DNA of 55,286 nt, filler included, from Sphacelaria rigidula (GCA_964200075.2; 5 parts of 5 records of this genome joined end to end with filler, not necessarily neighbours in it), one strand, 5' to 3'; counted from the whole stretch's first letter, positions 11,079 through 24,596 are shown. Notes: generated by a model from the letters alone, not told the origin. A program made the numbers and translations.

Positions 11079-14000
11079 TTTTGGTGGAGGGGGGGGTGGG
11101 GTTGTTAGAAAGGGACGCCACCAAACTCTCCCCCCCCCCCCCCCCCCCCCCCTCCCCCCGTGCACCGTTCCCGTCATTCACCTCCACGCGTCATTTCACG
11201 CCAAATTCGCACCTTATATGTTGTATCCACGTCAATTCACTACATGTCACACCCCACACGACCCTTTGCCCACCACTCACAAGTGCTGCAATCCTACCCA
11301 CCATCAGCTTTTTGTTGGCGTCCATTTTCCCCGTGTCCCGAAAGTGAGTCTGTGCTGTGGAGTTTTAGCTTTTTGGGATGGCCTCTGATTTCGATTTGGA
11401 CTTCTTCGTTGGGTTCTCTACTCCGTTTTACATCCGTTATCTCAGCCTTGCCTTCATTTGATGCTATCAATCCGCCAATTCAAGGTGGCGGCGGAGGCAA
11501 CTCGGTCTACCACGACTTATGCAGGGTCGACCCCCCCCACCCACCCAACCTCGAGATCGTGTCCCCCTATCGCCTGTCACAACACCTTATTGCACCTCTG
11601 GAACAGTCTGCCACACTCTCTCGAGCGTGCCTGCATCATACGCGTGGTACATGCCTGAAACACATCTAAAGGGTCATAAACCATGCCGTAACGCCCAGCC
11701 CAACCCCCCGTCATCGAAGATGCACCCTCCTCCTCCCCCCTCCCCCCAAATCATTGAATGGGATGAAGATCTGGTGACGGTGTTGGCTGCGTCGCGAGCG
11801 CATGTTTCAATCGCTTCATATATGCTGCCTGCAGCGTCTGCAGCGTGCACTGGGTCGTGTGCGGGGTAGCGCCGTCCTGCTGAGCACTCGCCCCCCTGAT
11901 GTCGGCCACGACAATTTTCCTTCGGTTGCTGGCAACCGCTGCTCCGCGCATGACGTTCCTCGCCGCTGGTGTGCCGCGCTAGAGGCCGGTGCGCCTCCGT
12001 AAAGCACTGCCGCTAGACCCCGATCTTGACGATCGAAATCACAGGAAAAATCCAGAGGCGAGACGGCGGGAATGGTGAGTTACTTGGGGACGTGACTTCT
12101 CCTGTACCGCACCTTCGTTGTGCTTCACCTTTTCCCATGACGGGAACATTCGCACCCTCTCTCGGTCGCGGATGAGGTTGAAGTATGCCTCGTTGTTGTA
12201 AATGGTGTCAACTCCAGTCCCGTACGGTCTGCGGTCGCAGGATATCCGCTCTTTGATGAAGTCCACCCTATTGTCAGCGGAAAAACGAAGATCTGCGAGT
12301 GATGCGCCGCTGCCCGCATTTTGCTCCCATGGTTTTGAGCCGGCGATGAAATTCGGTGCCACGAACTGTGGGACCCAATGGGCTTGTGAGGGATTTGGAG
12401 GCAGCTCCACGCTGCAGCGGGACTTTTGTAAAGTCTGAAGTATTCGCCAAATCCGTGTTCCATTCTCCTTGAAGCATATTTGACGACATGGCGTCTCGGG
12501 AATTTTCGTGGAGATGCCTTGAACCAAGCCAAAAGTCCGTTGCGGGATTGGGGGTCATCCCGAAAAGAAGCAATCCATTCCCCCGACCGCCAATATCGTT
12601 TCGGATACAGTATCACCTACTGACGGTTAAGGAGTTTCCATGTCTTCGACCAGTGTGGTGTGCGGGTTTCTCGATCATCGAAGGACGCATATCACATACT
12701 CCATAAACTATGCGTGTTTCCGGGAAATTTCCAGGTGTGGGAGCAGGCCTGAAGGTGGTGGAGTCATCGTTTTGATAGTTCTTTCTTGTGTAATGAGCCA
12801 CTATTTTATCTAATAACCCTTTTGGAACTCATTGACGATTTTTGTTTCTGTGAATCAGCATCATTTTCACTCATTTCCAAGTCGAAATAATGTCGATTCA
12901 CAAAACAAGAATCGTCAATGGTTTCCGAAAGGGTTAAACGTGAAAACCCCCCAGTATTATTACCCACTAGGTCGTCAAGATGTATTTTACCATCATTGCA
13001 AGGACCGCTCGATCATCAAAGGCACACGAAAGAAGACATGAATTTTGCTCTCTGTGCGGGCTTTGCGACCTGACCTGCCTGCTCGCTGTTGTGCTGTCGA
13101 GATAGTTGCGCGCTGTTGTTGTAGACCATGGGGTAGAGATGAAAGACAGCATCAACTGCGGCGGATAGCAATGGCACTGCACTTGAGTGCTTTTTGCATC
13201 TAGCCGGCTATGAAGAAGGTCTGCACGGATGTTTGCCAGCACCGCAGTCAACGGACCAAGACGGCGTAAGCAATTCAGAGAACATTTTGTTCACCCACTG
13301 GCGGCAGTAGTTTTAGCTGCGTGCACTAGTTGCACACAATCGCATGTACCGCTCACGCAGCTGACTAGAACGTGCTACGGCCAAGAAAGATGGTCAGGGG
13401 TTGTTCGGCACTACAGTTTAGTTCACGTACCAATGTTCAATATGTGCCCGTTCTTCGAACTATGCATGTTGTGCCACTTCATGAGCTCCGAAGCCATATT
13501 ACGGTGGGCAATCCGGGCGATTTATGCGGGGCCCGGTCAAATGGCTATTGACAGACGTGGCAGACAGGGGGAGTATATGTCCCTCGTTGGTGCATAGACT
13601 GGGGTCTGTATATCCCAGCCTGTTTGGTTGGTGTTCTCATTTTTGCTTTTTTTCTCGTTTGTTTTTCATCTCTCACTCTTTCGTTCGCGTCCCCCCTCCT
13701 CTGTTGCCGCACGTATTAGTAGATGTGTCTCGTCCTCACAGAAAGTGACTGAAGTTCGTGCCTAATCGTGTGTTGTCGAGCTTCTGCAGCGGATTGCCCT
13801 ATTCCCGCGGCATTGCTTCTTGTTCGACGCCGTGGCAGCAGCCTTACAGAGGTTCTCTCAGGACTGTCTTTGATGCGGCGCCAATGGTCCATTTTGATTG
13901 CTCCTTCCTGTACTGTTGTCATTGCCACGTCTCCTGCTAGAGTTTCGATATGCGAGTACTTGTGTTTTTTTAGCTTGGGCACGCCTATCTTGTGAAGACG

Positions 14001-14189
14001 GCCTATCCATCAAGACAAGACAAGACAGTTGAAACTTGATCAAATCCTGAAACAAGAAGCAGGATCAAATGAAAAGCATACTCCTACCACAAGCCGCTGT
14101 CTGGTGCGTGTTCGCCTCACTTGTTCCATCTCCATGCTGGCCTGACCATGTTCTACTTGTGATCTCCACACCCCCACACTCGCACTCAG

Positions 14190-16178
14190 CATCCCCACTT
14201 CGGCGCGGAGGGCGAGAAGGCCCGATTCTGTGGACGACACAAGCTGGACGGTATGGTAAACGTCAAGCACCGCCGCTGCCAGCAGCCGGGCTGCCGACGC
14301 GAGCGACTTTTCACCGAGGATCCCAACACCAAACCTTTGTACTGCTCCCTGCACCTGGCCTATCAGGAGCGTGGCATCGACCCTCGAATGTGCGATACCG
14401 ATCTCCCACCAGGTCTGACCCCCATTTCTCCCCCGATGAGAACCGGTGGCGGGATTGGGAGCATGGGAGCACAGGTGGGATCTGTGCCCGGGGCGGGGAT
14501 GTTGCCCGGGCTCGGAGGCAGGCGGTTGGCGCCTGAGATGCAACGGAGGTTGTCATCGAACGAAGCCATCAGCCCAGTGGGAAGGAAGCGTCCCCGCGTA
14601 GGGGCTGGTGGTGAGCACGGCGCGGAAGGAGGGGGAGAGGGAGACGTGGCGGGGATGTCGGCAGCGCAGCTACAGGCGCGGATGCAACAGCAGCAGCAGC
14701 AGATACAGCAACTGCAGGAACAGCAACGACGCCACCAACAGCAGGCTCAACATCGCCGCATATACGACCTGCATCCGCGCGGCAGGCAGCCGGTTGCTCC
14801 GCCCGCTACCGCCTATCTACCGCCTGCGCCACCAGTCCCGGGGAACGCGGGGTATAGTGACCGCGGGTTTGGACTTGGCGGGGGGCACGGTGACGTCGGT
14901 GGCGGCTTCTCGGGAATGCCAAGCTATCGCAGCGGCTCTTCCAGTATGGCGAGTAGCTCTGGCTTTGTCGATGCGCCCATCCCGGGACTGTCCCAGCGCG
15001 CCGCGCCGTTTGCGACTGTCGGCGGGGTGGGAAGCCAGACCGGGTTGGGTGGCGGAGCAGGTGTAGGTGGAGTGGGCGGGAACGGGAACGGGCTCGGGGA
15101 GGGCTCATCCTCCCATCGAGCGTCACACGTGACATCTTCGTTGCCTTCGACGTCTTTGGCATGGCCTGGCTCCGGACGTGGAGGCAGTAGTGTAAACACC
15201 AGCGTGGCAGCCGCCACCAGCGGAGCATCCTCCGTCGGCGGTGGTGTTGGTGGAAGTGGTGATAATGGTGTTATTGGTGGTGGTAGTGGTGGTGGTGTTG
15301 GTGGCGGTGGAGTTGGGGCCAGTGGTGATGGTGGCGTGGGGCGTGGAGGGGTCAGTGAAGGCGACGTCAAACCGCCACCAACGGAGCCGCCTGTACGCGG
15401 CCCGCTGTTCCAGTATACAAGCAGAGGCTTGTCTGCCGGGCACGGCCCGTCAGGGAGTATCGCGCCCGTGCGCTTGCCGGTGATCGGATGGGGGCCGCCC
15501 CCGTCTACGCCTCCGCTGCTCCCGGGCATATCAAACATCAGGCACTTGTCTGCTGCCGCAGCAGTGCTTGCCGAGTCCAGCGGCGGGGGAAGCGGCACCG
15601 GTACGAGCAGTGGTCAGTCTCGATCTTCCTCTTCTTGGCAAGTACCGTCGTACGAACCGGTGCCTTCGAGCTCAGCCTCTGCGTCTTCCTCTTCCCCTCA
15701 TCAGCACCGAGGTAGCGGCGGCGGTGTTGGTCCTGACCAGGTGGCGGCGACGGGACAGAGTCAACAAGGACGATCTCAACATCAGCAGCACGCTGGGCAC
15801 GGCGGGAGCGGGCGACAGGGCGGTTCAGGGACGGCGTCTACTTCGCCTGATCAGCACTTGTTGGGATCTGCGGGGTGGGCGTTGGCGCAAGCTGGACACA
15901 ATTTCCCGGCGTGGGGTGGGTCGATCGAGGGGCTTGGAGCGGGGGGTGGGGGGTTAGATGGAAGTAGCGGTGGAGGTGCCGTCCACGGGCCTAGGTCTCC
16001 GCATTATTGGAACCCCCCTCACGGTGCTCAGCAAATGCGATCTACGTCGCACCAGCAGCAGCAAATGATGTCGATGCCGGAAGAGCACGCGCCCCCAGGG
16101 CGTCTGCCTACGCCCGGCACGATGCGTGCACCAGGGGGAGGGGGAGGTGGGGGCGCGGGGCACAACCAGTTACAATAG
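14190..16178 (+). CDS. Terminal exon of an EsV-1-7 cysteine-rich repeat protein with a long Gly/Ser/Gln-rich tail (5' partial)
   Basis: Acceptor ...CACTCAG at 14189, then in frame HPHFGAEGEKARFCGRHKLDGMVNVKHRRCQQPGCRRERLFTEDPNTKPLYCSLH, matching the EsV-1-7 pattern C-x-x-H-K-x-x-G-M-V-N-V...C-x4-C. Open to TAG at 16178. Confidence 0.85.
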   Translation, partial: HPHFGAEGEKARFCGRHKLDGMVNVKHRRCQQPGCRRERLFTEDPNTKPLYCSLHLAYQERGIDPRMCDTDLPPGLTPISPPMRTGGGIGSMGAQVGSVPGAGMLPGLGGRRLAPEMQRRLSSNEAISPVGRKRPRVGAGGEHGAEGGGEGDVAGMSAAQLQARMQQQQQQIQQLQEQQRRHQQQAQHRRIYDLHPRGRQPVAPPATAYLPPAPPVPGNAGYSDRGFGLGGGHGDVGGGFSGMPSYRSGSSSMASSSGFVDAPIPGLSQRAAPFATVGGVGSQTGLGGGAGVGGVGGNGNGLGEGSSSHRASHVTSSLPSTSLAWPGSGRGGSSVNTSVAAATSGASSVGGGVGGSGDNGVIGGGSGGGVGGGGVGASGDGGVGRGGVSEGDVKPPPTEPPVRGPLFQYTSRGLSAGHGPSGSIAPVRLPVIGWGPPPSTPPLLPGISNIRHLSAAAAVLAESSGGGSGTGTSSGQSRSSSSWQVPSYEPVPSSSASASSSSPHQHRGSGGGVGPDQVAATGQSQQGRSQHQQHAGHGGSGRQGGSGTASTSPDQHLLGSAGWALAQAGHNFPAWGGSIEGLGAGGGGLDGSSGGGAVHGPRSPHYWNPPHGAQQMRSTSHQQQQMMSMPEEHAPPGRLPTPGTMRAPGGGGGGGAGHNQLQ

Positions 16179-16495
16179 CCGCTTGCGGCGTGGCCCGACG
16201 TGTCGGAAGATGGTGATGAGTTCTATTCGTCGTGACCGCGATATCTCTGTATGTCTTCTCTGGCGTGTTGCTAAAGCAGAACGCCGAGTGGTCAGCCGTG
16301 TGGTGAGTGAGGGGAGGCGAGGTCGCAACTATCACCTACACGTCTTGTCTTCGCTTCGCCATGTACTGCTCCGGCGACAATAAAGCAACAGGCGCGGTGA
16401 TTCGTGGCGATAACAAACGTTTATAAAAGGGTGCGATTTTTTGTTTGGTGGGAGGCAAGAACGAAGCCTTTTCGCGTCCGTTTTGCTCTTGGGTC

Positions 16496-16531
16496 ACCAG
16501 TCCACTCCAGTCCAGCCCAGTGCAGTCCAGT
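16496..16531. repeat. (CCAGT)n microsatellite
   Basis: Imperfect pentamer run. Confidence 0.7.
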
Positions 16532-18094
16532 CTATTCGCCAGATGAGCAAAACAGACTTTTGTGAGATCTGGGTGTGTGCAAAGCGAGCTGTAGAGCTTG
16601 TTTGAACAAAATAATTAGCCGAGTTTTTTGGCGGGGGCAGTCGGGATGGTGAAGGTGGGGTGGTGAGATGGATGACCGGCGGGCCGAGGGGGCTGCGCGG
16701 GCGGTGGATGGAGGATGGTGATACTTTTTTATGGTCGGAATGGAGGATGCGAACGCGTGTGGTGTATTTTGGCGGCCGCCGACGATGTCGGGGGGGGGAG
16801 TTGAGGGTGTAGGAGCTGGATGTTTCTCAGCGCCCCGCGCGAGAGCAAATGTCTCGGCTCTCCATTGTGAGATAGGGCGAACAAATAGTTTTTCGAGAAG
16901 AAAGAAAAACTCCCTCACCTGGTCCCTTGTGAAATTTCGTTTGAGTACCGCGCTCCGACACATGCATGTTTTATCGGTGACGTCAGCCGTGCTCTTATAG
17001 AGGCCTCTCGCCGAGCAGAGTCGGCCCTCGCGGTTGTACTGTCGAGGAACATAAATCAGTTCAAGTCTGGTGCTGTCGCGTGGGGTGAAAAGTGTGTGGT
17101 ATGACGTAGTACGAGTGAAGTTGCGGGTTGTCAAGGGTCTTTACCACGAGGGACCGGGCGGGCCGTTCGGCGCGTTTGGTATTAAGTAGGGGGAGGCTCT
17201 CTATTTTGGGAGGATGAGCTCGGTCTTTGGAAACGCTTGCGCCGTAGCTGCTTCGAATCGCGGGCTTGCCTTCTTTCGAGGTTGTGAGCGCAGCGATTCT
17301 TCAGGCCTCTGAGCTCAAATCCCTTTCGTTATCTATGTTTTTTCAACTGTTTGACATGTTTTATCTATCTTACGCTGCTGCTTCTCTGTATTTTCGTTTT
17401 GTTTTGTTTTGTTTTTTGTTGGATGTTATGTTCTGTTATTTTGGTTCCGCTTGGTTGTGTTTTCCGCCCTTGCGGCTCGTGGTGATGGATCCCGCGATGT
17501 CGCCATGTCGCCGGGGGCCGGAAACAGAGGGTTTCCCTTCCGGTAGCGCGAGCTTGGATAATTTCCCATTATTTCGCGCGCGGCTTTCATAGACGTCCTG
17601 GGTGGTACTAGTGCCGTGGAGTGTCTGACAATTTGTAGCCATCGCGTTGCCTGCTTGTTATTTTTTCTTCTGTATTGTCGGCGTCCGGCTGTCAGCTTGC
17701 GTGACAAACATCAACGGCGAGCGGTGCTAACAGTTGCCCGTTGTACCATGCCGCTCTAGTCTAGTAGCGCCGTTGTTGGGCCGAGGACCGCAGCACTTCT
17801 TTCCGCCTTCCTAGTTGCTTCTGGTTGGGCGGTTTGTGCGCGGATGAGAGGAGAGATGGAGGGAAAATTAATTAATGAGTAGTACGACAAAGCTCTTGTT
17901 GTCGCAGTGTTGAACACAAGGCTGAAAAACGATGAGCGCCATGTGAGATATGCAAACCCTTTGCTTCCACGCGCGTTCGTTTTTCTTCTCCTTGTTTTTT
18001 TTTTGCGTCGTCACTGGTGTGTGCGTTTGAGCTTGGTGTTGTACTCTTTGGTTACGTGAAGAAGCAAAAATGGTTCGTTTGATTTTATTGGTGA

Positions 18095-18132
18095 GGTTTT
18101 CGGTTCGGTTTGGTTCGGTTTGGTTCGGTTCG
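18095..18132. repeat. (GGTTY)n microsatellite
   Basis: Pentamer run GGTTC/GGTTT. Confidence 0.75.
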
Positions 18133-21100
18133 GGTAAAGAGAGAAGTGCGAGAGGGAGGAGGGAGAAGAGCAGGCGACGAAGTGTCATGTCGAGATGTCT
18201 AGTGTCTGTTTCACTTCATATTTTACGCGTTAGTTTTTGCATGATCTCCGCTTTGAGTCCGCGCTTGATTGCGCGCGTTGGCGCGCATGAGTTTCGTGCG
18301 TCCGCATGGGCTTCGTCCTCAGAGATTTGGTTTGATGGATTTTTATCTATGAAGGTCATGGGTGATTGTGTTCGGTGAATGGTGAATGGTGATTAATGAT
18401 TGATGATGCATGGTGCGGTGATCATGAGGGGTTTGGGGGGGTTTGACCTGCGGCCTCCGCGGGCAGATATCGTTACCGTTTTCCGTTGCTTCCTCCTGCC
18501 GTGTAACGCCTATATATTGGAAAACAAGCAAACGGTCGAGGAAATGAATGATGAAGCGAGAATCATGCGGGCAGAGCTAGTGGAATGTTGGGTAATCACC
18601 CCGCGTTTTTTGTCCAGTGGCCGCGAACTTGTATGTCGAATTTGACAAGCATTTGACAAGCATCGGTAGCAGCAGCAAGAGGTGGTGGGCGTGGTTAATG
18701 TATCCATATAAGATCTAAATAGCAATTACTTCTGAGTATCCCTTTGCTTTGTTTTTCGATAGTGGTGCGGTTTGATATCGTTTCGACTTTGGCGGTGGGG
18801 TGCTGCGTATAAATGCATAGATGGATGGTATGATCGGGGTGGGGGGGGGGAGAGATTACTTAAAATGTATCGTGCCGGGCATTCGGGTACGGTAGCTCAT
18901 GGCTTTTATTTTCATTTTTTATTTTGATCTTTTGTTTTAATGTTGTTGGCATATCTTTTCACATTCGCGAGAAGGTAACAGAGGACTGGAAGGAGAGAGG
19001 GGGGGCGAGGGGAAATGGGGACAGGAAGGAGCGGAGGGCCTGCACAGCAGTAGACGGAGGGGATGTAGGAAGAATGAACGCACAACCGCGAGGGATGGAA
19101 GGCGTTTTGTTTCTAGTAGTTGAGGCGTGGCAAAACTTTTGTTTTTTCAGTGAGCGATGGTGGGGGATTGGCCGAGCATTTTGTCGAAGCCTTCGGCAGT
19201 GATACGGTGGTTTACGGGTTGACAAGAGGAGAGAACAGAAGAAAAAAATTGAACAGCGTTGACCGGTTCATCGTGTGTTTACTGTCAGCAGCAAAGGCCC
19301 TCCTGAGGTATAACGAGAATTGGATGCGAGATGAGGGTACAATCCTTGTACGTACGAATGCATCTCAGCGAAGGCGGACGGGCGAACTGACAGGGGATAT
19401 TGATTGCGCCCCATTAATAACGCCGGTCCAGTCATGACTTCTTGTGTGCAGGAGAGAAAAAGTGTGCCGTGGTGGAAAATTATTTCGGGCTTGGGTCATT
19501 CGGTGTAGCTTGACAAGTAGTTGGATTGGCAGGAGGGGGGAGCAAGGAGATACAAGGAGGAATTATTCCGGTTTGCGCTCGGCTTCGGACCCTATCTCTG
19601 GAAACAAATAATGCTTGGAATGCTGTAGTACAGGGAATTTTGTGTTTATATTAATGGACGAGTGCACGGGTGGGGTGTAGCTTTCGACGTCGTTTGGCAC
19701 GATCCCGTGGTTGGTGGGTGCCACCGTGTCCAATGTACGTACGAATATATAGCGTCCAGCGTCTATTATTCCTCTTTCCCCTGCTGTATTTTGGGTAATA
19801 CACTCAGTCATGTAGTAAGTACAGTACCTGGGTGTTGTTTTTTTTAAGTTTTTTCGTCGAGTGGTTTTCTAATTCACGCGTATAGTAGCAATCAGCCCCT
19901 CTACTTGACTTGGTGGTGGTGGTTTTTGCTGGGCGTGGTGTGCTCGATTCATCAAATGAGAATCATAGTACTACGTTCTACGTTATGGTAGGACTCGGTG
20001 ATGCTTCTTTTTTTGTCCCCCTTTTCCTAGAATTCTTCACACAATCTTGACATCTCAGACCCACATTTTCTTTTAACCAGCTTCATCACGGATTGAGCGT
20101 TTCTTTGTTCTTGTGCTGTGCTTCCGTGTCTCTCTGAAACACACAGTCGCTGTTAGAAAAGGTGAGGGAGGGCGTAAGGAGGGGGGGGTACAGCGTAGGA
20201 CTCTACTGCAGATGATGATGTGCACGATGGGCCCGTCGAAATCGTGTCAAAAGGAGGTAATGCGCCTGCGCTGTGTGTCTACAAGATGAATCGATAATGT
20301 ATCTTGTTGATAGCAAGCGACAGCAGATGCGCGGTCAAGTCAGAAGACAGAACACCTACTCTTTTATTCCCGCGAATGTACGCAAAACAAGAGATGATCG
20401 ATCAATTGACACGTTCCCCCGGTTGTGCCGGAGTAGGCAGGATACCCCACGCCAAGGAGAACAGCTAATAGTGTAGGAATTGTGAATTCTCGACTTTCTT
20501 CACTACAGTATTTGATGTTTCTGCCCCTGAGATGCCGCTTGGCTCATAAGTTGGCGATATCTCCATAGGCGACGAATGTGCCCTGCCTTACGCCACAGCG
20601 GTGCATCATGGCCAAGCAGTGTCCACTTCAACCTAACCTGTCGCCTAGTGTACATGATTGAAACGTCTGGCTTTCGTCTGGACGTTGGCATCCCAAGGTG
20701 TCGTTATTGAGGTCGGAGTCATTGTAGACAGTCTGAACGGAACCCTCAGAAATCATTTGAGAAAATCATGCATTTATTCGGCGATGCATGGCCTTTGGTT
20801 GTTGCTACTCTGCACTTGATAACTGCTTGGTGTCCCCATCTCAGGGCATGAGGTGCCAAATAGTTTCTTTTTGAGAGTTTCTTCGGATCCCGTTAGGGCA
20901 TGCTCCAACCCTTGGGACCACCAGATAAGAGGGTGCCATCCCGGGTTTTCACACAATGTGGAGTGATGAAGGGATACCTATCCAACAGCTGATCCATTCT
21001 GGCGAATGAAGAAAAAGGCATGCATGATTGTATGATGACCGGTTGGTGGGGACTAAATCGTACCCCTTAGCCGTCTAGGCAGAGATCATGACTCACGCAG

Positions 21101-21170
21101 TATCATCTCAGGCGCAGATATGTCGTACTTTTTATCGTGTTTGTCAATTGCCGCACCCCCCGTCATGATT

Positions 21171-21266
21171 AGGAGTAGGAACGGTGCTCCGTCTCGAAAG
21201 GGATGCGTGGTCAATGGTCAAACGACTAAGGCAAGCAAAAAATGGGTACCCCCCCCCCCCCCCCCC
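21171..21266 (+). repeat. Short dispersed repeat, copy 2 (poly-C tail)
   Basis: GGAGTAGGAACGGTGCTCCGTCTCGAAAGGGATGCGTGGTCAATGGTCAAACGACTAAGGCAAGCAA. Confidence 0.8.
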
Positions 21267-22056
21267 GTCATGTCCCACTGTTGGCGTGTCTGCAGTGACT
21301 GCAATAAAACATAACCTACATGAGAAGAAAGTTAATTACACTTCTTCTGCCTTCTTGGATCTTACTTCTCTTTTTGTCATCGACGACAGCAGGGTATGCA
21401 GGGAATGCCCCACTTGGCGTTGAAACGGTTGACCGTTTGAGAACCCGGAGGGTGGGTCAAAGGGGTGAAAAGATAGTTGAATGGAAAAGCATTGTGGGGA
21501 GGTGCTCTTGTGGGCTGAGTGGAACAATGCTTCGTGAGAGTCAAGAATACCATTGGGGGTGAGAAGCGGTCAATTAATGAATGAAATACTTTCAGTTTCG
21601 AAATACCCCTCCGGGCCTTATACGAGCCCCGATACGCATCTTGTAGCTTGCCACTGAAGCCCTTGACACCCCTGAGTGGGATGTGGACGAGTAGCTGTGG
21701 GCATACGCCAGTGTTACAAGCCGAGAAAAGCACGGAAAAAATGGCCGAGTTAGAAGAGCGAATAATAGAACTCACTTTCAGGCTTCTCATGTATAAAAAA
21801 AATAGCAGCTGTTGAAAAGTGCAGTTTTGGCCTTTCTCCGTCGTTTTCCCCCCGAAAAGAGGGTTGGGTAGACACCTTGGAATGACTTGGTCTACTCGCT
21901 CAGAACGTTTTACAGCACCTTTGTGTTTTTCGTAGGCCATGGTTTCGTTTTCGGCGAAGCTTGCATTTAACAACAAATTGTGCAAATTGAGGCTTAACTC
22001 CGAGATGAAGTTCAAGCCTAAATCAGCGCTTTCCCCACACTTTCAGCGATGGTGCC

Positions 22057-22156
22057 NNNNNNNNNNNNNNNNNNNNNNNNNNNNNNNNNNNNNNNNNNNN
22101 TTAATTAATTAANNNNNNNNNNNNNNNNNNNNNNNNNNNNNNNNNNNNNNNNNNNN
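22057..22156. other. Artificial contig linker
   Basis: N44-TTAATTAATTAA-N44. Confidence 0.98.
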
Positions 22157-24596
22157 TGTTCCACGATACTCGACGCTTGTGCTAATTGTTTGAATATTCT
22201 CTGTTGCTTCGTTTTCGCGGTATGTGAGTAAAAGAAGTGGGGCTGATGTTGTGGGTGACGCCCGCAACTACTGCCCCTTTTCGTGTTCTTGACTGCTGAT
22301 GTTGAGAAGGACGGTCAATGTGGGGTGGAACGTAGTGGGCGTGTGCTTCCCGAGTGCAACAGCTAAACAATACAAGCACACAACGATATATCAGTCAGTC
22401 GCTGGAGCAACTACATTTCCGCGACACCGACCACTTGCAGGCTTGTAAATATGTTCTCAAGTTAGAGTTAATTTCATATGAGCGAGATCGTTATTCGGAG
22501 ATGACGTCTGTATTTGTGATTGATACGATTGGCTCGATTACGCGTCATTTTTTCTGCAGTGGATAGTGGTCGGTCCATTTTATAGATATATAGTGCCCAA
22601 AATCGGGCCCCATTCACCCCCATAACAGTAGTCAAGATGGCACAGCAGAAGATGGCTAGACTACAACACAAACAAGATGGAGGGACCAGAACTTTCCCGA
22701 AAGTGTTTCGCTCTCCTTGTCTACGGGTCCAGTGCAAGTCACACCACCACTGGGTGGCCTCCTTCATTACCCCCAAGCTCTTGCGTTGACGAGGGCAAGC
22801 ACAGGGGTTATAGTCGGATGGTGTTTGTCGTCCCACTCACATATTTCATGTATGCCCTGCACTATTGGCTGTAAAAAGTATATTCCTTCATCTGACGTCT
22901 GTCACACATCACATGCGCTGCATTTCCCCGCAACTGTGTTTTGATGTGTCCAGTTTTTAGGTACACCCACGCTGCCCACGTCATCTTCGAAAGCTCCTCA
23001 CTTATATTTTCTCGCAATTTTGCTCCTCTGCTTCATCGGGACGGACTGATCATATATCTCAATCGAACACTAGATATTTCTTCTACATGTAGAAACAAGG
23101 TTTTCGGCGGCTTCTGCCACCACGCTCAATAGATCGATTCCAATATACTTGATAAGTACACTGAAGGAGATCGTTCTTCGTGTAATTCCTATAACATGAC
23201 AGAAAAGTAGACCGTTCCATATACAATCCCCGAGACATGACAGGACCGGAACTCCAGCCTCCCGTGTCACGGAACTCCTAGTTTTTGCATATTCACCTGA
23301 TTAAATATTCGACGTACGTACGAATGTCCGTGGCGCTCGTACTGGGGGGCACTTCCGCGGTAACCCAGGGCCAACGTCTCGCGGGTCCGATTCTGACTTG
23401 AATCAAGAAAAGAGACATTCCCACCCTAAAACACACTATATCGATGCGTTTTTTTAGTTGAGGTGCATCGCCATTCGTGTGCAATAGGCCAAAACTGTAA
23501 ATACTTCCTATGTGATCATGTCTGGAAGGGGGGATGCGTTCATTAAACCCCCGGGTATCGACCTATTTTTTCTTATTTCATATTTCAAGTATCTTGAAAA
23601 CACTTTGACATCATCCAAATGTATTGCCATTCGCACGGTATAGGCCAAAAGGGCGTATATGATCCCTAAATTCATGGTGAAAAATCACCCCCCGAGAACA
23701 ATCGCTTTCTCATCCCCTGCGCCACCACACACCCCGTCCGAATGCTATACATTCCTAATCAAAGGATTGTGTGTTTTGTGGGGGTGGGGAAAATTATAAT
23801 CACCCAATTCAATTAAATTGGATTCACCTGCTTAAGGTGACGAATGCTGAAGAAAACCTGAAAGGGCCAGTGCTTGAAATACGTCAGCCGGTAATACCAA
23901 ATATTGAAGCGATTCGTCAGTTAACACGCTGAGAGCCTGGTATGCAGACACCTTAGCATACGTGCGGAACGGCGGCCTGGGCAGCCAGTCAGTTTCTTGT
24001 TGAAGTGCAGGCAGTACAACTGTGGAGCGGCTGCACAACCGGAGGAGTGTACTGTAGTACTGGGAGGATTCGTATCGGACTGTACTGTAGCACTGAGAGG
24101 ATGGAACGGCTGCACGACCGGAGTATGGTACTGTATCAACGCCACCAGCTGTAATGCTGCATATATATTACATCGGCGCACCCATTATACCACCCGTATG
24201 CTAGGGTAGCATCACCGCCCACATACTCCGCAAATGCCGCTGGGTAATCAACGTTGGCGCCGTGTTTTGTTTACCCAATGTTTCAACAGCTCCCGCTCAA
24301 ATCCGACTTCACCAATGTTGTTCATATACCATTATGCATCTCCTGTCAATTTTTCGATTCTTAGGCCACTTCTTATTGTCGGAAAACGGGCTCTTGGAGA
24401 AAGACCCGTTTTGAGCGTTTCATCGCAGATTTTTGGCGGACTATGGATCTTGGCGGACTATGCTGCACGGCCTTCATTGCGACTCGCGCCATAGCTTGAC
24501 CGTAGTAGTTGATCGAAGGATATTTACCGTCCATGCCACACTGTTGACCCTACAGGTACTATATGTAGTTCGTGGAAGCCATTTTCGATGCACTGA

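Noticed and set aside
20212..20256. MMMCTMGPSKSCQKE followed by GTAA as the first exon of GBF1
   Set aside because: It lies on a different, size-sorted contig and similarity to GBF1 N-termini is weak.
20560..20800. Integrase-like remnant (IVDSLNGTLRNHL)
   Set aside because: A single weak motif only.
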